DNA from: Eubacteriales bacterium
Lineage (GTDB): Bacteria; Bacillota; Clostridia; Oscillospirales; SIG627
Reading direction: 5' to 3'
Assembly (NCBI GenBank): GCA_045655865.1
Contig: JAZOQB010000010.1
Span: 8,203-72,202, forward strand
Length of the DNA stretch: 64,000 nt
This document shows positions 1-9,617 of this stretch, piece by piece. Position 1 is the stretch's first letter. Every line of letters begins with the position of its first letter. A program made the position numbers and the translations under genes. The notes under the pieces were generated by a model, which searched no databases, was not told where the DNA came from, and saw nothing but the letters and a program-made list of their open reading frames with translations.

Positions 1-1651
1 CCCGTCGCTTTTCGGTCATGCCTTCCAGCTCTCCGATCTGGTCGGGGCTAAAAAACTCGTTGAGAGCGGAAAAGGAGAAGGGCTCTCCGCTCTCGGTGAG
101 CGATAACAGCTTCTCCAAGGCCTGACGGCAAAATTGACAGGGGAACGCTTCTGGGTGAAGCCTAGGACGGATGGCGCGGTCTAAAAGATACTCGGGCCGA
201 AGCAGAAGGATCCCCAAAATGTTTTCTTCTTTGGTGGCCTGAGAGAGAAATTTTGCCTTATCCGGGTTGACCCGGTTTCCAAGTCCGCTGGCTTTTTTCA
301 TTTCTTCTTCCAGGCGTCCGCGATCTTCCCGGCGGGCTTCTTTTTTTTCGGTTCGCTGGACTTGAAGCCGGATGATCTCCAAAGGAAGGCCCGTGACCTC
401 ACAGATCCGCTGAATGAAAAGGGCCTTTTCCAAGGGGTTTTGGCTGGCGGAAAGAAGCTTGGTGCAAGCTTCCACAAAGGCGTTTTTTCCGTCCATGGTA
501 ACGATTTCGTGGCCTTGCAGGGTTACGTCAAACAGGTACTCCATAGCTCCGCGGGCTTCCCGTTCGTACTTTTCAAAGCCGCCCCGACCAAAGGCGCGGA
601 TAAAGTCGTCCGGGTCTTTGATGGGCTTTCCTTCCCGGTCCGTTTCCGGCAGGGTGATGACCCGCACCTGAAGACCTGCTTCCTGGAGGAGACGAATGGC
701 TTTTTTTGTGTTTTCCCGGCCGGCTTTGTCCGAGTCGTAACAAATGCTCACCGTTTTGGCGTAGCGGGAGAGAAGGCGACACTGCTCGGCGGTGAGGGCC
801 GTTCCCAGAGAAGCTACGGCATGGGTGATGCCGTGGGCGTGCAAGGAAACCACGTCCATGTTTCCCTCGCACAGGACCAATTCTTTCTTTTCGCTGTTTT
901 TGGCAAAGTTTAAGGCAAATACGTTCCGGCCCTTTTTGAACACCGGGGTATCGTTGGTATTGATGTATTTGGGATCGTTTTCCCTCTGGGATGCTACCAG
1001 TCTGCCGCTGAAGGCGATGACGTTTCCCGCCGCGTCAATGACCGGGAACATGACCCGGCCGCGGAACAGATCGTAGAGACGGCCATTTTTTCCCATTCTG
1101 CCCAAAAAGGCCTCTTGGATCTCCTTTTCCCCATAGCCGTTTTTCTGAAGGAGCCGGCACAGCTCGTCCCAGGATTCCGGAGCGTACCCCAGACCGAAGT
1201 GCTTGATCATGGGAAGGGTCAGACCCCGGCCTATTAAATAATCCAGGCCTTTTTTTCCCTGGGGAGAAAGGATCGTTTGGTGCCAAAATCTGGCGGCCTG
1301 GGCATTCATTTCAAAGAAACGCTTTCGGTTCACCCGGGGACCGATCTCTCCGGTGACCGGCATGACAAGTCCAGCCCGGTTGGCCAAAAATTCAATGGCG
1401 GAAACGTAGTCCAGATTTTCCATCTGCCGGATAAAGGTGATCACGTCTCCCCCAACGCCGCAGCCGTAGCAGTGGTAATGGCTGGGGGTGGTGTTGGTAT
1501 AAACGGTAAAAGAGGGAGTTTTTTCGTGATGAAAGGGACAGCAGCAGACCTGGTTGCTTCCCGCCCGTTTCAAAACGGCGTACTGGGAAACGATCTCTTC
1601 CAAGGGGTTACGCAGAACCACTTCTTGAACAAAGCTTTCCGGAATTCGCAA
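1..1651 (-). CDS. dnaG: DNA primase DnaG (5-prime complete, 3-prime end runs off the window)
   Basis: Absent from the ORF track because there is no stop in the window. My reverse-strand translation from TTG at 1651 (GGAGGTG upstream) reads LRIPESFVQEVVLRNPLEEIVSQYAVLKRAGSNQVCCCPFHHEKTPSFTVY..HYHCYGCGVGGDVITF (CHC2 zinc finger). Further on it reads ..SICYDSDKAGRENTKKAIRLL.. (TOPRIM). The frame stays open to position 1. Confidence 0.9.
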   Translation of the reverse strand, partial: MRIPESFVQEVVLRNPLEEIVSQYAVLKRAGSNQVCCCPFHHEKTPSFTVYTNTTPSHYHCYGCGVGGDVITFIRQMENLDYVSAIEFLANRAGLVMPVTGEIGPRVNRKRFFEMNAQAARFWHQTILSPQGKKGLDYLIGRGLTLPMIKHFGLGYAPESWDELCRLLQKNGYGEKEIQEAFLGRMGKNGRLYDLFRGRVMFPVIDAAGNVIAFSGRLVASQRENDPKYINTNDTPVFKKGRNVFALNFAKNSEKKELVLCEGNMDVVSLHAHGITHAVASLGTALTAEQCRLLSRYAKTVSICYDSDKAGRENTKKAIRLLQEAGLQVRVITLPETDREGKPIKDPDDFIRAFGRGGFEKYEREARGAMEYLFDVTLQGHEIVTMDGKNAFVEACTKLLSASQNPLEKALFIQRICEVTGLPLEIIRLQVQRTEKKEARREDRGRLEEEMKKASGLGNRVNPDKAKFLSQATKEENILGILLLRPEYLLDRAIRPRLHPEAFPCQFCRQALEKLLSLTESGEPFSFSALNEFFSPDQIGELEGMTEKRR

Positions 1652-1797
1652 AAAAACACCTCCTTTGTTTTTTCTCACTATCTTTCTTATACGCGTGTTT
1701 TTTTCATTTCACTTTTTTTTGGAAAAAATTTTAAAAAAATCGGATTTTTTTCTTTTTTCCGCCAAACCACCGTGGCGAAAAAAACGGGAAGATTTTT

Positions 1798-1885
1798 GAG
1801 TTTTCCACAGGAAAAATGGAAAACGAGCCCAAAAAAACGCCGAAATCTCAAGGTTTTTCCCACAATCCACAGAGTTTTCCACAGG
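1798..1885. promoter_or_regulatory. Cluster of DnaA-box-like 9-mers upstream of dnaG, including an exact 14-nt direct repeat
   Basis: TTTTCCACA at 1801-1809 and 1875-1883 (1 mismatch to TTATCCACA). TTTCCCACA at 1856-1864 and CAATCCACA at 1863-1871 (2 mismatches each). GAGTTTTCCACAGG is repeated exactly at 1798-1811 and 1872-1885. Confidence 0.35.
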
Positions 1886-1926
1886 TTGCGGCTCGAGACC
1901 CTGTGAAAAACTTTTGTGCAAAAAAA

Positions 1927-2865
1927 TTATTGTTTAGGGCAAAACAGGGGGTCATCCGGCGCTAAGATCCGGACATTTTCCAGGTAGGAGAGGGGGGATG
2001 CGGGGGATGGATGAAAGGACAGAGAGACCGCCCGAAGTGCTTGATGGGAAAAGTCCGGGTCCTTTCGGTCTTTTCCGTATTTGGAATCTCCTACCAAGGG
2101 GTGCCCCAAAAAGGAGAGGGTGGCGCGGATCTGATGGGTGCGTCCGGTGTGCAGAACGATGGAAAACAGCGTCCGGTTTCGCTTCGGGTCAAATAGGCGT
2201 GGCCGGATCTCGGTGATGGATGTCAGATATCCGGGCGCGGGGACGGGGGATACCAGGACCCGGTTTTCCCGCTCGTCCTTTTTTAAATATACGGTAACGG
2301 TCTGATGCGCTTCCAGCTTTCCGTGGCACCAGGCCAGGTATTCTTTTTCCACTTGCCTCTCCCGGATCACCTCGTTCATTTCCCGGAGCGCGAGGGCGCT
2401 TTTGGCACAGATCACAAGGCCCGAGGTGTTTCGGTCCAGGCGATGGCACAGGGCGGGAGAGAAGGAATTTTCCGACTCCGGACAAAATTCGCCCTTTTGA
2501 GAGAGGTAGGCTTTGATATGATCGATGAGCGTCCCGGTTTTTTGAACGGCGTCGCTATGGCAGGACTGACCGCAGGGCTTATCCGCGACCAGGATGTTTT
2601 CATCCTCGTAGACCACAAAAACGCTGGGAGTCAGATTGCGAAAACTGTCCTCAGCTGCTCCGAAAAAGTCCGGAGATAAAAAGAGCTGGACCGTGTTTCC
2701 TTTTTCTAAAATCTGCCCCGGCTCGCAACGCTTCCGGTTTACTTTGATTTTTTTCGTGCGGATGGCCTTATACAACAGCGATTTGGGCAGGGCGACGGTT
2801 ACTTTCAGGACAAATTTGTCCAGGCGCTGGCCGGCGTCGTTCTCGTTGATGCAAAATTCTTTCAT
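1927..2865 (-). CDS. RluA-family 23S rRNA pseudouridine synthase with N-terminal S4-like domain
   Basis: 312 aa ORF with HRLDRNTSGLVICAK and HTGRTHQIR motifs. Its ATG overlaps the trmB stop (ATGA at 2862-2865). Confidence 0.85.
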   Translation of the reverse strand: MKEFCINENDAGQRLDKFVLKVTVALPKSLLYKAIRTKKIKVNRKRCEPGQILEKGNTVQLFLSPDFFGAAEDSFRNLTPSVFVVYEDENILVADKPCGQSCHSDAVQKTGTLIDHIKAYLSQKGEFCPESENSFSPALCHRLDRNTSGLVICAKSALALREMNEVIRERQVEKEYLAWCHGKLEAHQTVTVYLKKDERENRVLVSPVPAPGYLTSITEIRPRLFDPKRNRTLFSIVLHTGRTHQIRATLSFLGHPLVGDSKYGKDRKDPDFSHQALRAVSLSFHPSPASPLSYLENVRILAPDDPLFCPKQ

Positions 2866-3515
2866 GGGCGGCGTGCCGTGACGGCGAAAATGGGAAGACC
2901 CTGAGCGGATTTTGCCGTTTCGTATTCGGTGAGAATATTTCCTTGAGCCCAGGGGGAGTGGTGCAGATCCCGGGTCAGATCTTCCAAGGTCCAGCCGGCG
3001 GCCCTGTAGTTTTCCAAAGAGGATTCAAACAAGAGGGCATGGTCCGTTTTTTGGCGGATGGCGCCGCCCTCTTTCAAGATGTTCCGGTACACGGAAAGAA
3101 ACGAGGGGGCGGTGAGTCGGCGCTTGGCGTGACGGGACTTGGGCCAGGGATCGGAAAAATTCAGGTAGATCTTATCTACCTCTCCCGGAGAAAAGATCTC
3201 CGCCAGCTCTTTGGCGTCTCCGCTTAAAAAAAGAACGTTGGAAAGACCGGCCTCTGCCACTTTTTCTACTGCCAAAAGCAGAGCTTCCCGACAGGCTTCA
3301 ATGGCAACGTAGAGAGTTTTTGGGTTTTGTTTTGCCAATTCCAGAAGAAAAGCGCCTTTGCCGCAACCGATCTCCAGTTCCAGGGGAAGGGACTTGGCAT
3401 CGGGCACAGAAAAAAGGGTGCGCACACGGCCCTGATGGGATGCACCGTCGTGAATCAAAAAAGTGTCACAAAGCTGGAATCGCTCCTCGGTGTGCTTCTT
3501 TTTTCTCATTCTCAT
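2862..3515 (-). CDS. trmB: tRNA (guanine46-N7)-methyltransferase TrmB
   Basis: LELEIGCGKGAFLLELAKQNP (SAM-binding motif) and NFSDPWPKSRHAKRRL. The ORF opens at 3536, but the ATG at 3515 has a GGGGGA Shine-Dalgarno and gives about 217 aa, so it is preferred. Confidence 0.85.
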   Translation of the reverse strand: MRMRKKKHTEERFQLCDTFLIHDGASHQGRVRTLFSVPDAKSLPLELEIGCGKGAFLLELAKQNPKTLYVAIEACREALLLAVEKVAEAGLSNVLFLSGDAKELAEIFSPGEVDKIYLNFSDPWPKSRHAKRRLTAPSFLSVYRNILKEGGAIRQKTDHALLFESSLENYRAAGWTLEDLTRDLHHSPWAQGNILTEYETAKSAQGLPIFAVTARRP

Positions 3516-3666
3516 GGCTTTTCCCCCAAAAAACATTATGGTTATCTGCTATTATATCATTTTTTCAGGAAGAAAGCAAGAAAACCCGTCAAAAACCTTT
3601 GAAAAAAGAAGAAAAGGATGGGGCAAACGGGAAAATCGGCATTTTTTCATAAATTTTACAAAAAAA

Positions 3667-3745
3667 TTGACTTTCTTTGACCTTGACAAGAAGCAGGAGT
3701 CCGGGTATAATTTTACCAGAAAGTCAAAGAAAGTCAAAGTCAAAA
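3667..3745 (+). promoter_or_regulatory. ctsR operon sigma-A promoter flanked by two CtsR operators
   Basis: -35 TTGACA 3683-3688, 17-nt spacer, -10 TATAAT 3706-3711. One CtsR box lies on the reverse strand at 3667-3682 (GGTCAAAGAAAGTCAA). A second lies at 3722-3738 (AGTCAAAGAAAGTCAAA) followed by a third GTCAAAA. The known consensus is RGTCAAANANRGTCAAA. Confidence 0.8.
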
Positions 3746-3760
3746 ACGGAGGAAACGGAT

Positions 3761-4231
3761 ATGATCTTATCCCAACGGATCGCCCTACTTTTGGAGGAGA
3801 TGCTGGAGGCGGCGGGAGGGGAACTTTCCATCGTGCGCAATGAGTTTGCATCCCGGATGGGGTGCGTGCCCAGTCAGATCAATTACGTGATCACATCCCG
3901 CTTTACTCCCGAGCGCGGGTACGTAGTGGAGAGCCGACGTGGGGGCGGAGGATTTATTCGCATCCGCAAGGTAAAGATGGGGCGGAATGAATACCTGATG
4001 CATTTTTACCATGCCATCTCTTCCGCCATTAACTTTGAGAGCGCTCGGGTCTTTGTGGGAGAGCTGATCTCCCAGTCCATTCTGGAACCCCGGGAGGGAA
4101 AGCTGCTGTTGGCGCTTCTCTCCGATCGGGCTCTGGATCAGGTCCGCAGGGAGGATCGGGACCGCTTGCGGGCGCAGCTGTTTCAGACAGCCATTTTACA
4201 AATGATTGCAGAAAGCGAGGAAAAACGATGA
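3761..4231 (+). CDS. ctsR: Class III stress-gene repressor CtsR
   Basis: MILSQRIALLLEEML..CVPSQINYVITSRFTPERGYVVESRRGGGGFIRI. The ATG at 3761 has an ACGGAGGA Shine-Dalgarno. The ORF-track start at 3677 would overlap the promoter. Confidence 0.9.
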   Translation: MILSQRIALLLEEMLEAAGGELSIVRNEFASRMGCVPSQINYVITSRFTPERGYVVESRRGGGGFIRIRKVKMGRNEYLMHFYHAISSAINFESARVFVGELISQSILEPREGKLLLALLSDRALDQVRREDRDRLRAQLFQTAILQMIAESEEKR

Positions 4232-4740
4232 AACGTCAAATCTGTGAACGGTGTCGGGAAAAAGAGGCATCGGTATATTATAAAGAAAGTGTCAACGCCT
4301 CTTCCCGGGAAATTCGGCTGTGTGCCGATTGTGCTCGGGAAATGGGAATCGGCTTTGGCGGAAAAAGTGTTCTAGAGGAGGAGTTTTTTGCCGCTCTCCC
4401 CCTCTTTGCTAAGCCTTCTTCCCGTGAGCGTCGGGGGAGCGAGGGCGGAGTCTGTCCCACTTGCGGCAAGAGCCGGGAGGAGATTTGCCTGAGCGGGAGA
4501 TTCGGTTGTCCCCACTGTTACGACGCTTTTGCGCAGGGCCTTGATATGACGCCCTTTGTGGGTCGGGGCTATCGGGGAGGCAGGCTTGGCTCTGCATCCG
4601 GGGAAACCGGGGCGAGAGGCCCTATACAGGAGGATCCCGGAAAAACGTTGAAAAAACAGCTGCAGGAGGCCCTTGAGGTGGAAAATTATGAAAAAGCCGC
4701 CCAGATTCGGGATCAAATTCGGGCCTTGGAGGGAAAATAA
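4228..4740 (+). CDS. mcsA: McsA, activator of protein-arginine kinase (zinc fingers plus UVR domain)
   Basis: CxxC pairs (CERCREK, CADCAREM, CPTCGKS, CPHCYDAF) and a C-terminal UVR-like LKKQLQEALEVENYEKAAQIRDQIRALEG. Position between ctsR and mcsB fits. Confidence 0.85.
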   Translation: MKRQICERCREKEASVYYKESVNASSREIRLCADCAREMGIGFGGKSVLEEEFFAALPLFAKPSSRERRGSEGGVCPTCGKSREEICLSGRFGCPHCYDAFAQGLDMTPFVGRGYRGGRLGSASGETGARGPIQEDPGKTLKKQLQEALEVENYEKAAQIRDQIRALEGK

Positions 4741-5748
4741 ATGTATTGGTATGAAAAAGAAGCCCGGCAATTCGGCCCGGTCCTGTCCACCCGCGTGCGC
4801 TTTGCCCGGAACTTGGAAAAGACGCCCTTTCCCCAGAGATTGAAGGGAGAAGGGCGGGAAGAGGTCTTTGAAAAAGTAAAAAAGGCCTTTGAGGAAAAAG
4901 AGATCCTGGCGGTTCCCTTCGACGGCCTGGAGGATGTGGTAAAAGAGGCTTACGTGCAGACACACCTATCTTCCGCGCATCTTGCCAAGTCGGGAAAGGG
5001 AAGCGGACTGATCCTGTCCAAAGACGGAGACGTGGCGATCATGGTCAACGAGGAGGATCATTTGCGACTTCAGGTGATAAAGCCTGGCAAAGAGATCCGC
5101 TCTTCCTTTGACAAGGCCAGGAGCTGGGCAGAATTCGGGGAGGAAAAACTTCCCTTTGCGTTCCGGGAGGGGCTGGGGTATCTTACCTCCTGTCCCACCA
5201 ATTTGGGCGCCGCGATGCGCGTGTCCGTGATGATCCACTTGCCCGCGCTAACGGCCGTGGGAGGGATCGCTCCCTTGACCCGGAGTCTTAACGATGCGGG
5301 CTTTACCGTTCGAGGGCTCTTTGGAGAAGGCAGCCGGGAAAGCGGCGATATCTATCAGATCTCCAACCAGATGAGTCGGGAAGGGTTGCCGGAGGAGATC
5401 GTATCCTCCTTTGAAAAAGTGATCGCCCAGGTGGAAGAGAGAGAAGAGAAGGCCAGAGATGCGATCTTGTCCCGCGACCGCCTGGAGGCAGAAGATCGGG
5501 TCAGCCGGGCAATGGGCGCTATGAGATATGCAAAAAAAATGGACTATTCGGAATTTATCACTCTCTATTCCCGGGTAAGATTCGGAAAAGAAGCGGGTCT
5601 TTTGCCCGACTCGTCGGTACAGGGACTGGATCGGCTTTTGATCGAGTTGATGCCGGCGCCTATGATCCTTCGGGATCGGCTTCTTTTGGATGAAAGGGAT
5701 CGGGATATTCGGAGAAGCCAGATCTTACGGGAAAGAATGAAAGAATAA
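4741..5748 (+). CDS. mcsB: Protein-arginine kinase McsB (ATP:guanido phosphotransferase)
   Basis: 335 aa with NEEDHLRLQ and CPTNLGAAMR guanido-kinase motifs, in ctsR operon context. Confidence 0.9.
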   Translation: MYWYEKEARQFGPVLSTRVRFARNLEKTPFPQRLKGEGREEVFEKVKKAFEEKEILAVPFDGLEDVVKEAYVQTHLSSAHLAKSGKGSGLILSKDGDVAIMVNEEDHLRLQVIKPGKEIRSSFDKARSWAEFGEEKLPFAFREGLGYLTSCPTNLGAAMRVSVMIHLPALTAVGGIAPLTRSLNDAGFTVRGLFGEGSRESGDIYQISNQMSREGLPEEIVSSFEKVIAQVEEREEKARDAILSRDRLEAEDRVSRAMGAMRYAKKMDYSEFITLYSRVRFGKEAGLLPDSSVQGLDRLLIELMPAPMILRDRLLLDERDRDIRRSQILRERMKE

Positions 5749-5759
5749 GGAGAAAGAAT

Positions 5760-8189
5760 ATGCAAGCGAATTTTTCGGAACATGCCCAAAGGGCTCTGGA
5801 AAATGCCCAGAGCGCCGCGGCAGAATTGGGGCATCGATACGTGGGAAGCGAGCATCTGCTTTTGGGATTGATCTTAACTTCTGAGTGTGCCGCGGCAGAG
5901 ATCTTGAGCCAGGCAGGGGTTACCTTTGACGGGGCCCGAGAGAAGCTGATGGCGCTTTGCCAGACCGGCGAGCCGGTACAGTTTGATACGGCGGAGATCA
6001 CCCCGCGGGCTCAGAGAATGCTCCAGGCCGCGGTGTACGAAAGTGCAAAACACCACCGGGAGACGGGAACGGAATTCATTCTTTTGGCCTTAACTTCCGA
6101 TTCCGACAGCCTTGGGGTGAGGATCTTGTCTCTTCTGGGTGCGGACGTGGGTGCCATTTACAAGGCTTGCCGGGAGTACATCCGGGAGCTGGAGAAAATG
6201 GACGGAAAGGATGGCCAAAAAGCTCCGTCCCGAGGCAAGGGAAAGAACAAAAACCTTGCCAAATACGGACACGATCTCACGGAGGATGCCGCCGCAGGAC
6301 GGCTGGATCCCATCATCGGAAGAGAAACGGAGCTGGAGAGGGTGATCCAGATCCTTTCCCGGCGAACAAAAAATAACCCCTGTCTCATTGGAGAGCCCGG
6401 CGTGGGAAAGACCGCCATTGCCGAGGGACTGGCTCAGCGCATCGTTGCAGGAGACGTGCCGGAGACATTATCGGGGAAAAAAGTGGTGACCCTGGATCTT
6501 GCCGCCATGGTGGCGGGAAGCAAGTACCGGGGAGAATTTGAAGAGCGGATCAAAAACGTCATTGACGAGGTGACCGAAAGCGGAGATACCATCCTCTTTA
6601 TTGATGAGATTCACACCATCGTAGGTGCGGGGGCAAGCGAGGGAAGCATGGACGCTTCCAATATTTTAAAGCCTGCTCTGGCTCGTGGAAATCTTCAGGT
6701 GATCGGTGCGACCACCCTTTCGGAATACCGAACCATTGAAAAGGATGCCGCCCTGGAACGGCGCTTTCAGTCCGTGACGGTGGGAGAACCCAGTGAAGAA
6801 GAGGCCATTCTTATTTTGAAGGGGCTTCGACCCAAGTACGAGGAGCATCACAAATTGGCCATTACCGATGAAGCCATTGAGAGTGCCGTAAAGCTCTCGG
6901 GCCGCTATATTTCCGACCGTTATCTGCCGGATAAGGCCATCGATCTTGTGGACGAAGCCGCATCGCGCCGCCGCATCCAGAGCCTTTCCCCCTCTCCGGA
7001 GGAAAAGGAGATCCAGGGAGAAATTCTTCGTCTGGAGGAAGAAAAAAAGAAGGCGGTGGAAGAAGAGGCCTACGAGCGTGCCGGAGAGATACGCACCCAG
7101 ATCCAGGAGAAAAAGGCCCTTTTGGCAGAGAAAAAGAAAGCCGGGGACAAGGAGAAGTGCGGCGCCATCGGAGAAGAGGAGATCGCGCAGATCGTCACCC
7201 AGTGGACGGGGATCCCCGTGAGCCGTCTTTTGGAAGAGGAGGCTCGAAGGCTTACCGAGTTGGAAAAGATCCTGGGTGAGAGGGTCATGGGCCAGGCAGA
7301 GGCGGTGAGTGCGGTGAGCCGAGCCATTCGCCGGAGCCGCACGGGGCTGAAAGACCCCAAGCGCCCTGCGGGTTCTTTCCTCTTTACCGGACCTACGGGC
7401 GTGGGAAAAACCGAGCTTTCCCGGGCCATTGCCCAGGTGATGTTCGGTTCGGAGAACAAAATGATCCGGGTGGATATGTCGGAATTGATGGAGAAGCACG
7501 CCGTTTCCAAGCTCATTGGCTCTCCTCCCGGCTACGTGGGCTTTGACGACGGGGGACAGCTGACGGAGAAGATCCGTCGAAACCCCTATTCCGTGGTTTT
7601 GTTTGATGAGATCGAAAAGGCGCATCCGGATGTGTTCAATATCCTCCTTCAAATTCTGGAGGACGGAATCCTCACCGACTCCCACGGGCGACGGGTGGAC
7701 TTTAAGAACAGCATTATCATTATGACCTCCAACTGCGGAGCCAGCAGTCTGGCTGTGAAAAAATCTATGGGCTTTGCCACCGGTTCGGAGGACACAGCCC
7801 AGGATCGGGACGACGAGGAAAAGATCCGCCGGGCTCTAAAAGAGACCTTCCGCCCGGAATTTTTGAACCGATTGGACGAGATCATCATCTTCCATCGCCT
7901 GGCCCAGCCGGAGATTCTGGCCATTGCCCGAAAAATGCTCCGGGAGGTGTCTCGGCGACTTTGGGAAACCGGCGGCATTACCCTGGAGTTTGACGAGCCG
8001 GTGACGGAAAAACTTTCTCAAGAAGGATTCGACCCAGTTTACGGGGCTCGACCCTTGCGCCGTGCCATTCAGCGAACCGTGGAAGATTCCCTTTCCAACT
8101 TCCTTCTTTCCGGAGAATTTTGCGAGGGAGATCGGATCCATGCAAGTCTTTCTGAGGACGGTCAGATTCAGTATTCCAAGAAAGCCTAG
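5760..8189 (+). CDS. clpC: ATP-dependent Clp protease ATP-binding subunit ClpC
   Basis: 809 aa with N-terminal Clp repeats, two Walker A motifs (GEPGVGKTAIAEGLA, GPTGVGKTELSRA) and a UVR-like linker. Confidence 0.95.
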   Translation: MQANFSEHAQRALENAQSAAAELGHRYVGSEHLLLGLILTSECAAAEILSQAGVTFDGAREKLMALCQTGEPVQFDTAEITPRAQRMLQAAVYESAKHHRETGTEFILLALTSDSDSLGVRILSLLGADVGAIYKACREYIRELEKMDGKDGQKAPSRGKGKNKNLAKYGHDLTEDAAAGRLDPIIGRETELERVIQILSRRTKNNPCLIGEPGVGKTAIAEGLAQRIVAGDVPETLSGKKVVTLDLAAMVAGSKYRGEFEERIKNVIDEVTESGDTILFIDEIHTIVGAGASEGSMDASNILKPALARGNLQVIGATTLSEYRTIEKDAALERRFQSVTVGEPSEEEAILILKGLRPKYEEHHKLAITDEAIESAVKLSGRYISDRYLPDKAIDLVDEAASRRRIQSLSPSPEEKEIQGEILRLEEEKKKAVEEEAYERAGEIRTQIQEKKALLAEKKKAGDKEKCGAIGEEEIAQIVTQWTGIPVSRLLEEEARRLTELEKILGERVMGQAEAVSAVSRAIRRSRTGLKDPKRPAGSFLFTGPTGVGKTELSRAIAQVMFGSENKMIRVDMSELMEKHAVSKLIGSPPGYVGFDDGGQLTEKIRRNPYSVVLFDEIEKAHPDVFNILLQILEDGILTDSHGRRVDFKNSIIIMTSNCGASSLAVKKSMGFATGSEDTAQDRDDEEKIRRALKETFRPEFLNRLDEIIIFHRLAQPEILAIARKMLREVSRRLWETGGITLEFDEPVTEKLSQEGFDPVYGARPLRRAIQRTVEDSLSNFLLSGEFCEGDRIHASLSEDGQIQYSKKA

Positions 8190-8213
8190 CCACCTTGCCG
8201 GAAAAACCAATGA

Positions 8214-8252
8214 AAAAGAGCTGCCAAAGTGAAAAACGGGCAGCTCTTTTTT
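8214..8252 (+). terminator. Intrinsic terminator after clpC
   Basis: Stem AAAAGAGCTGCC / GGCAGCTCTTTT followed by a T-run. Confidence 0.8.
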
Positions 8253-8267
8253 CGATCTTTTGGGCAA

Positions 8268-8297
8268 TTGACAAAAGCTTATCCGGGATGGTACAAT
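8268..8297 (+). promoter_or_regulatory. Promoter of the acyltransferase gene
   Basis: TTGACA 8268-8273, 18-nt spacer, TGgTACAAT extended -10 (TACAAT 8292-8297). Confidence 0.6.
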
Positions 8298-8336
8298 TTG
8301 ATCGGACTTGGCAAAAAAACAATGCTGGAGGACGCC

Positions 8337-9617
8337 ATGAAAATCAAAACCAAACAGATTACTTGGGAAGAGCTTGGGAAAAAGCCACCCCTGGCTCGTT
8401 TAAAGCCGAAAAAGCCATGGTTTCTCCTGGGACTTGTGGTGCGCCTTCTTTCTATTCCCGATCTTTTGGCCACCCGTTTTTCTTTCACCCGAGAGGGGAT
8501 GGAGAGGGCGGGTGAGGGGCCGTATCTGATCTTAATGAACCATTCCAGCTTTTTGGATCTGAAAATGGCATCCCGGATCCTCTTTCCTATGAAATATCAT
8601 ATCGTAGCCACCACCGACGCCTTTGTGGGAAAGGCTTGGCTCCTTCGGCGGATCGGCTGTATCCCTACGCCGAAATTTGTCACCGACGTGGGGCTTGTCA
8701 TGGACCTTTTGCGCATCATCAAAAAGGAAAAGCGCAGCGTTCTCATGTACCCCGAGGCGGGGTACAGCCTGGACGGTACCGCAACGGCTCTACCCCCAAG
8801 ATTTGGCGGACTGTGTAAGCGCCTGGGGGTTCCGGTCCTCTTGATCCGTTCTGATGAGGGGGGATATCTCCGGGATCCTCTGTATAACGGTTTGCGCCTT
8901 AGGAAAGCGAAAGTTTCCGCAAAGCTCTCCTGCCTTTTGACCAAAGAGGAAATTCGGGAAAAGAGCCAGGAAGAACTGGACGAGATCTTAAATCGCGCCT
9001 TTACCTTTGACCACTTTCAGGATCAAAAGGAAAAGAAGATCCCTGTTACCGAGCCTTTCCGGGCTACGGGGCTGGAGAGGGTGCTGTACCGCTGTCCCGC
9101 TTGCCAGACAGAAGGAAAAATGCGGGGAGAGGGGGTTCGCGTCACCTGTCTTTGTTGCAAAAAAAGCTACGAAATGGATGAATACGGCGCTCTCCGGGCC
9201 ACGTCCGGGGAAACGGAGTTTTCTCAGGTGCCGGCGTGGTTTCGCTGGGAAAGAGAGTGCGTTCGCCGAGAGGTGGAGGATCCCGATTACGCTTGGGAGA
9301 TCCCGGTGAAGATCGGCGTTCTTTGCGATTTTAAACAATTATATCAAATGGGTGACGGCACGCTTCGCCACGATCGGAGCGGCTTTACCCTGCGGGACGG
9401 GGAAGGAAACGTGGTCCACACCCAGGACCCCTGGGCATCTTACAGCCTGAACGTGGACTATTTCTTCTATGAATTGGGAGACGTCATTGGCCTAGGTACG
9501 AAAGACCGCTTTTATTACTGCTTTCCCAAAGATAAGTTTCCCGTGGCAAAGGCTCGCCTTGCCGCCGAGGAAATGTATAAACTTCCCAAATTAGCGGCCA
9601 GCCGATCCGCCCGTTGA
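8337..9617 (+). CDS. PlsC-family (lysophospholipid) acyltransferase with C-terminal zinc-ribbon-containing domain
   Basis: NHSSFLD (HX4D acyltransferase motif), YPEAGYS, then CPACQTEG..CLCCKKSY. The start at 8337 has a GGAGG 6 nt upstream. Earlier track starts overlap the clpC terminator. Confidence 0.7.
   Translation: MKIKTKQITWEELGKKPPLARLKPKKPWFLLGLVVRLLSIPDLLATRFSFTREGMERAGEGPYLILMNHSSFLDLKMASRILFPMKYHIVATTDAFVGKAWLLRRIGCIPTPKFVTDVGLVMDLLRIIKKEKRSVLMYPEAGYSLDGTATALPPRFGGLCKRLGVPVLLIRSDEGGYLRDPLYNGLRLRKAKVSAKLSCLLTKEEIREKSQEELDEILNRAFTFDHFQDQKEKKIPVTEPFRATGLERVLYRCPACQTEGKMRGEGVRVTCLCCKKSYEMDEYGALRATSGETEFSQVPAWFRWERECVRREVEDPDYAWEIPVKIGVLCDFKQLYQMGDGTLRHDRSGFTLRDGEGNVVHTQDPWASYSLNVDYFFYELGDVIGLGTKDRFYYCFPKDKFPVAKARLAAEEMYKLPKLAASRSAR

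Noticed and set aside
362-1906. Plus-strand ORFs 362-913, 792-1076 and 1277-1906 listed in the track.
   Set aside because: They are antisense to dnaG, whose reverse-strand translation shows the CHC2 zinc finger and TOPRIM motifs. The 1277-1906 ORF also runs through the dnaG start and promoter region.
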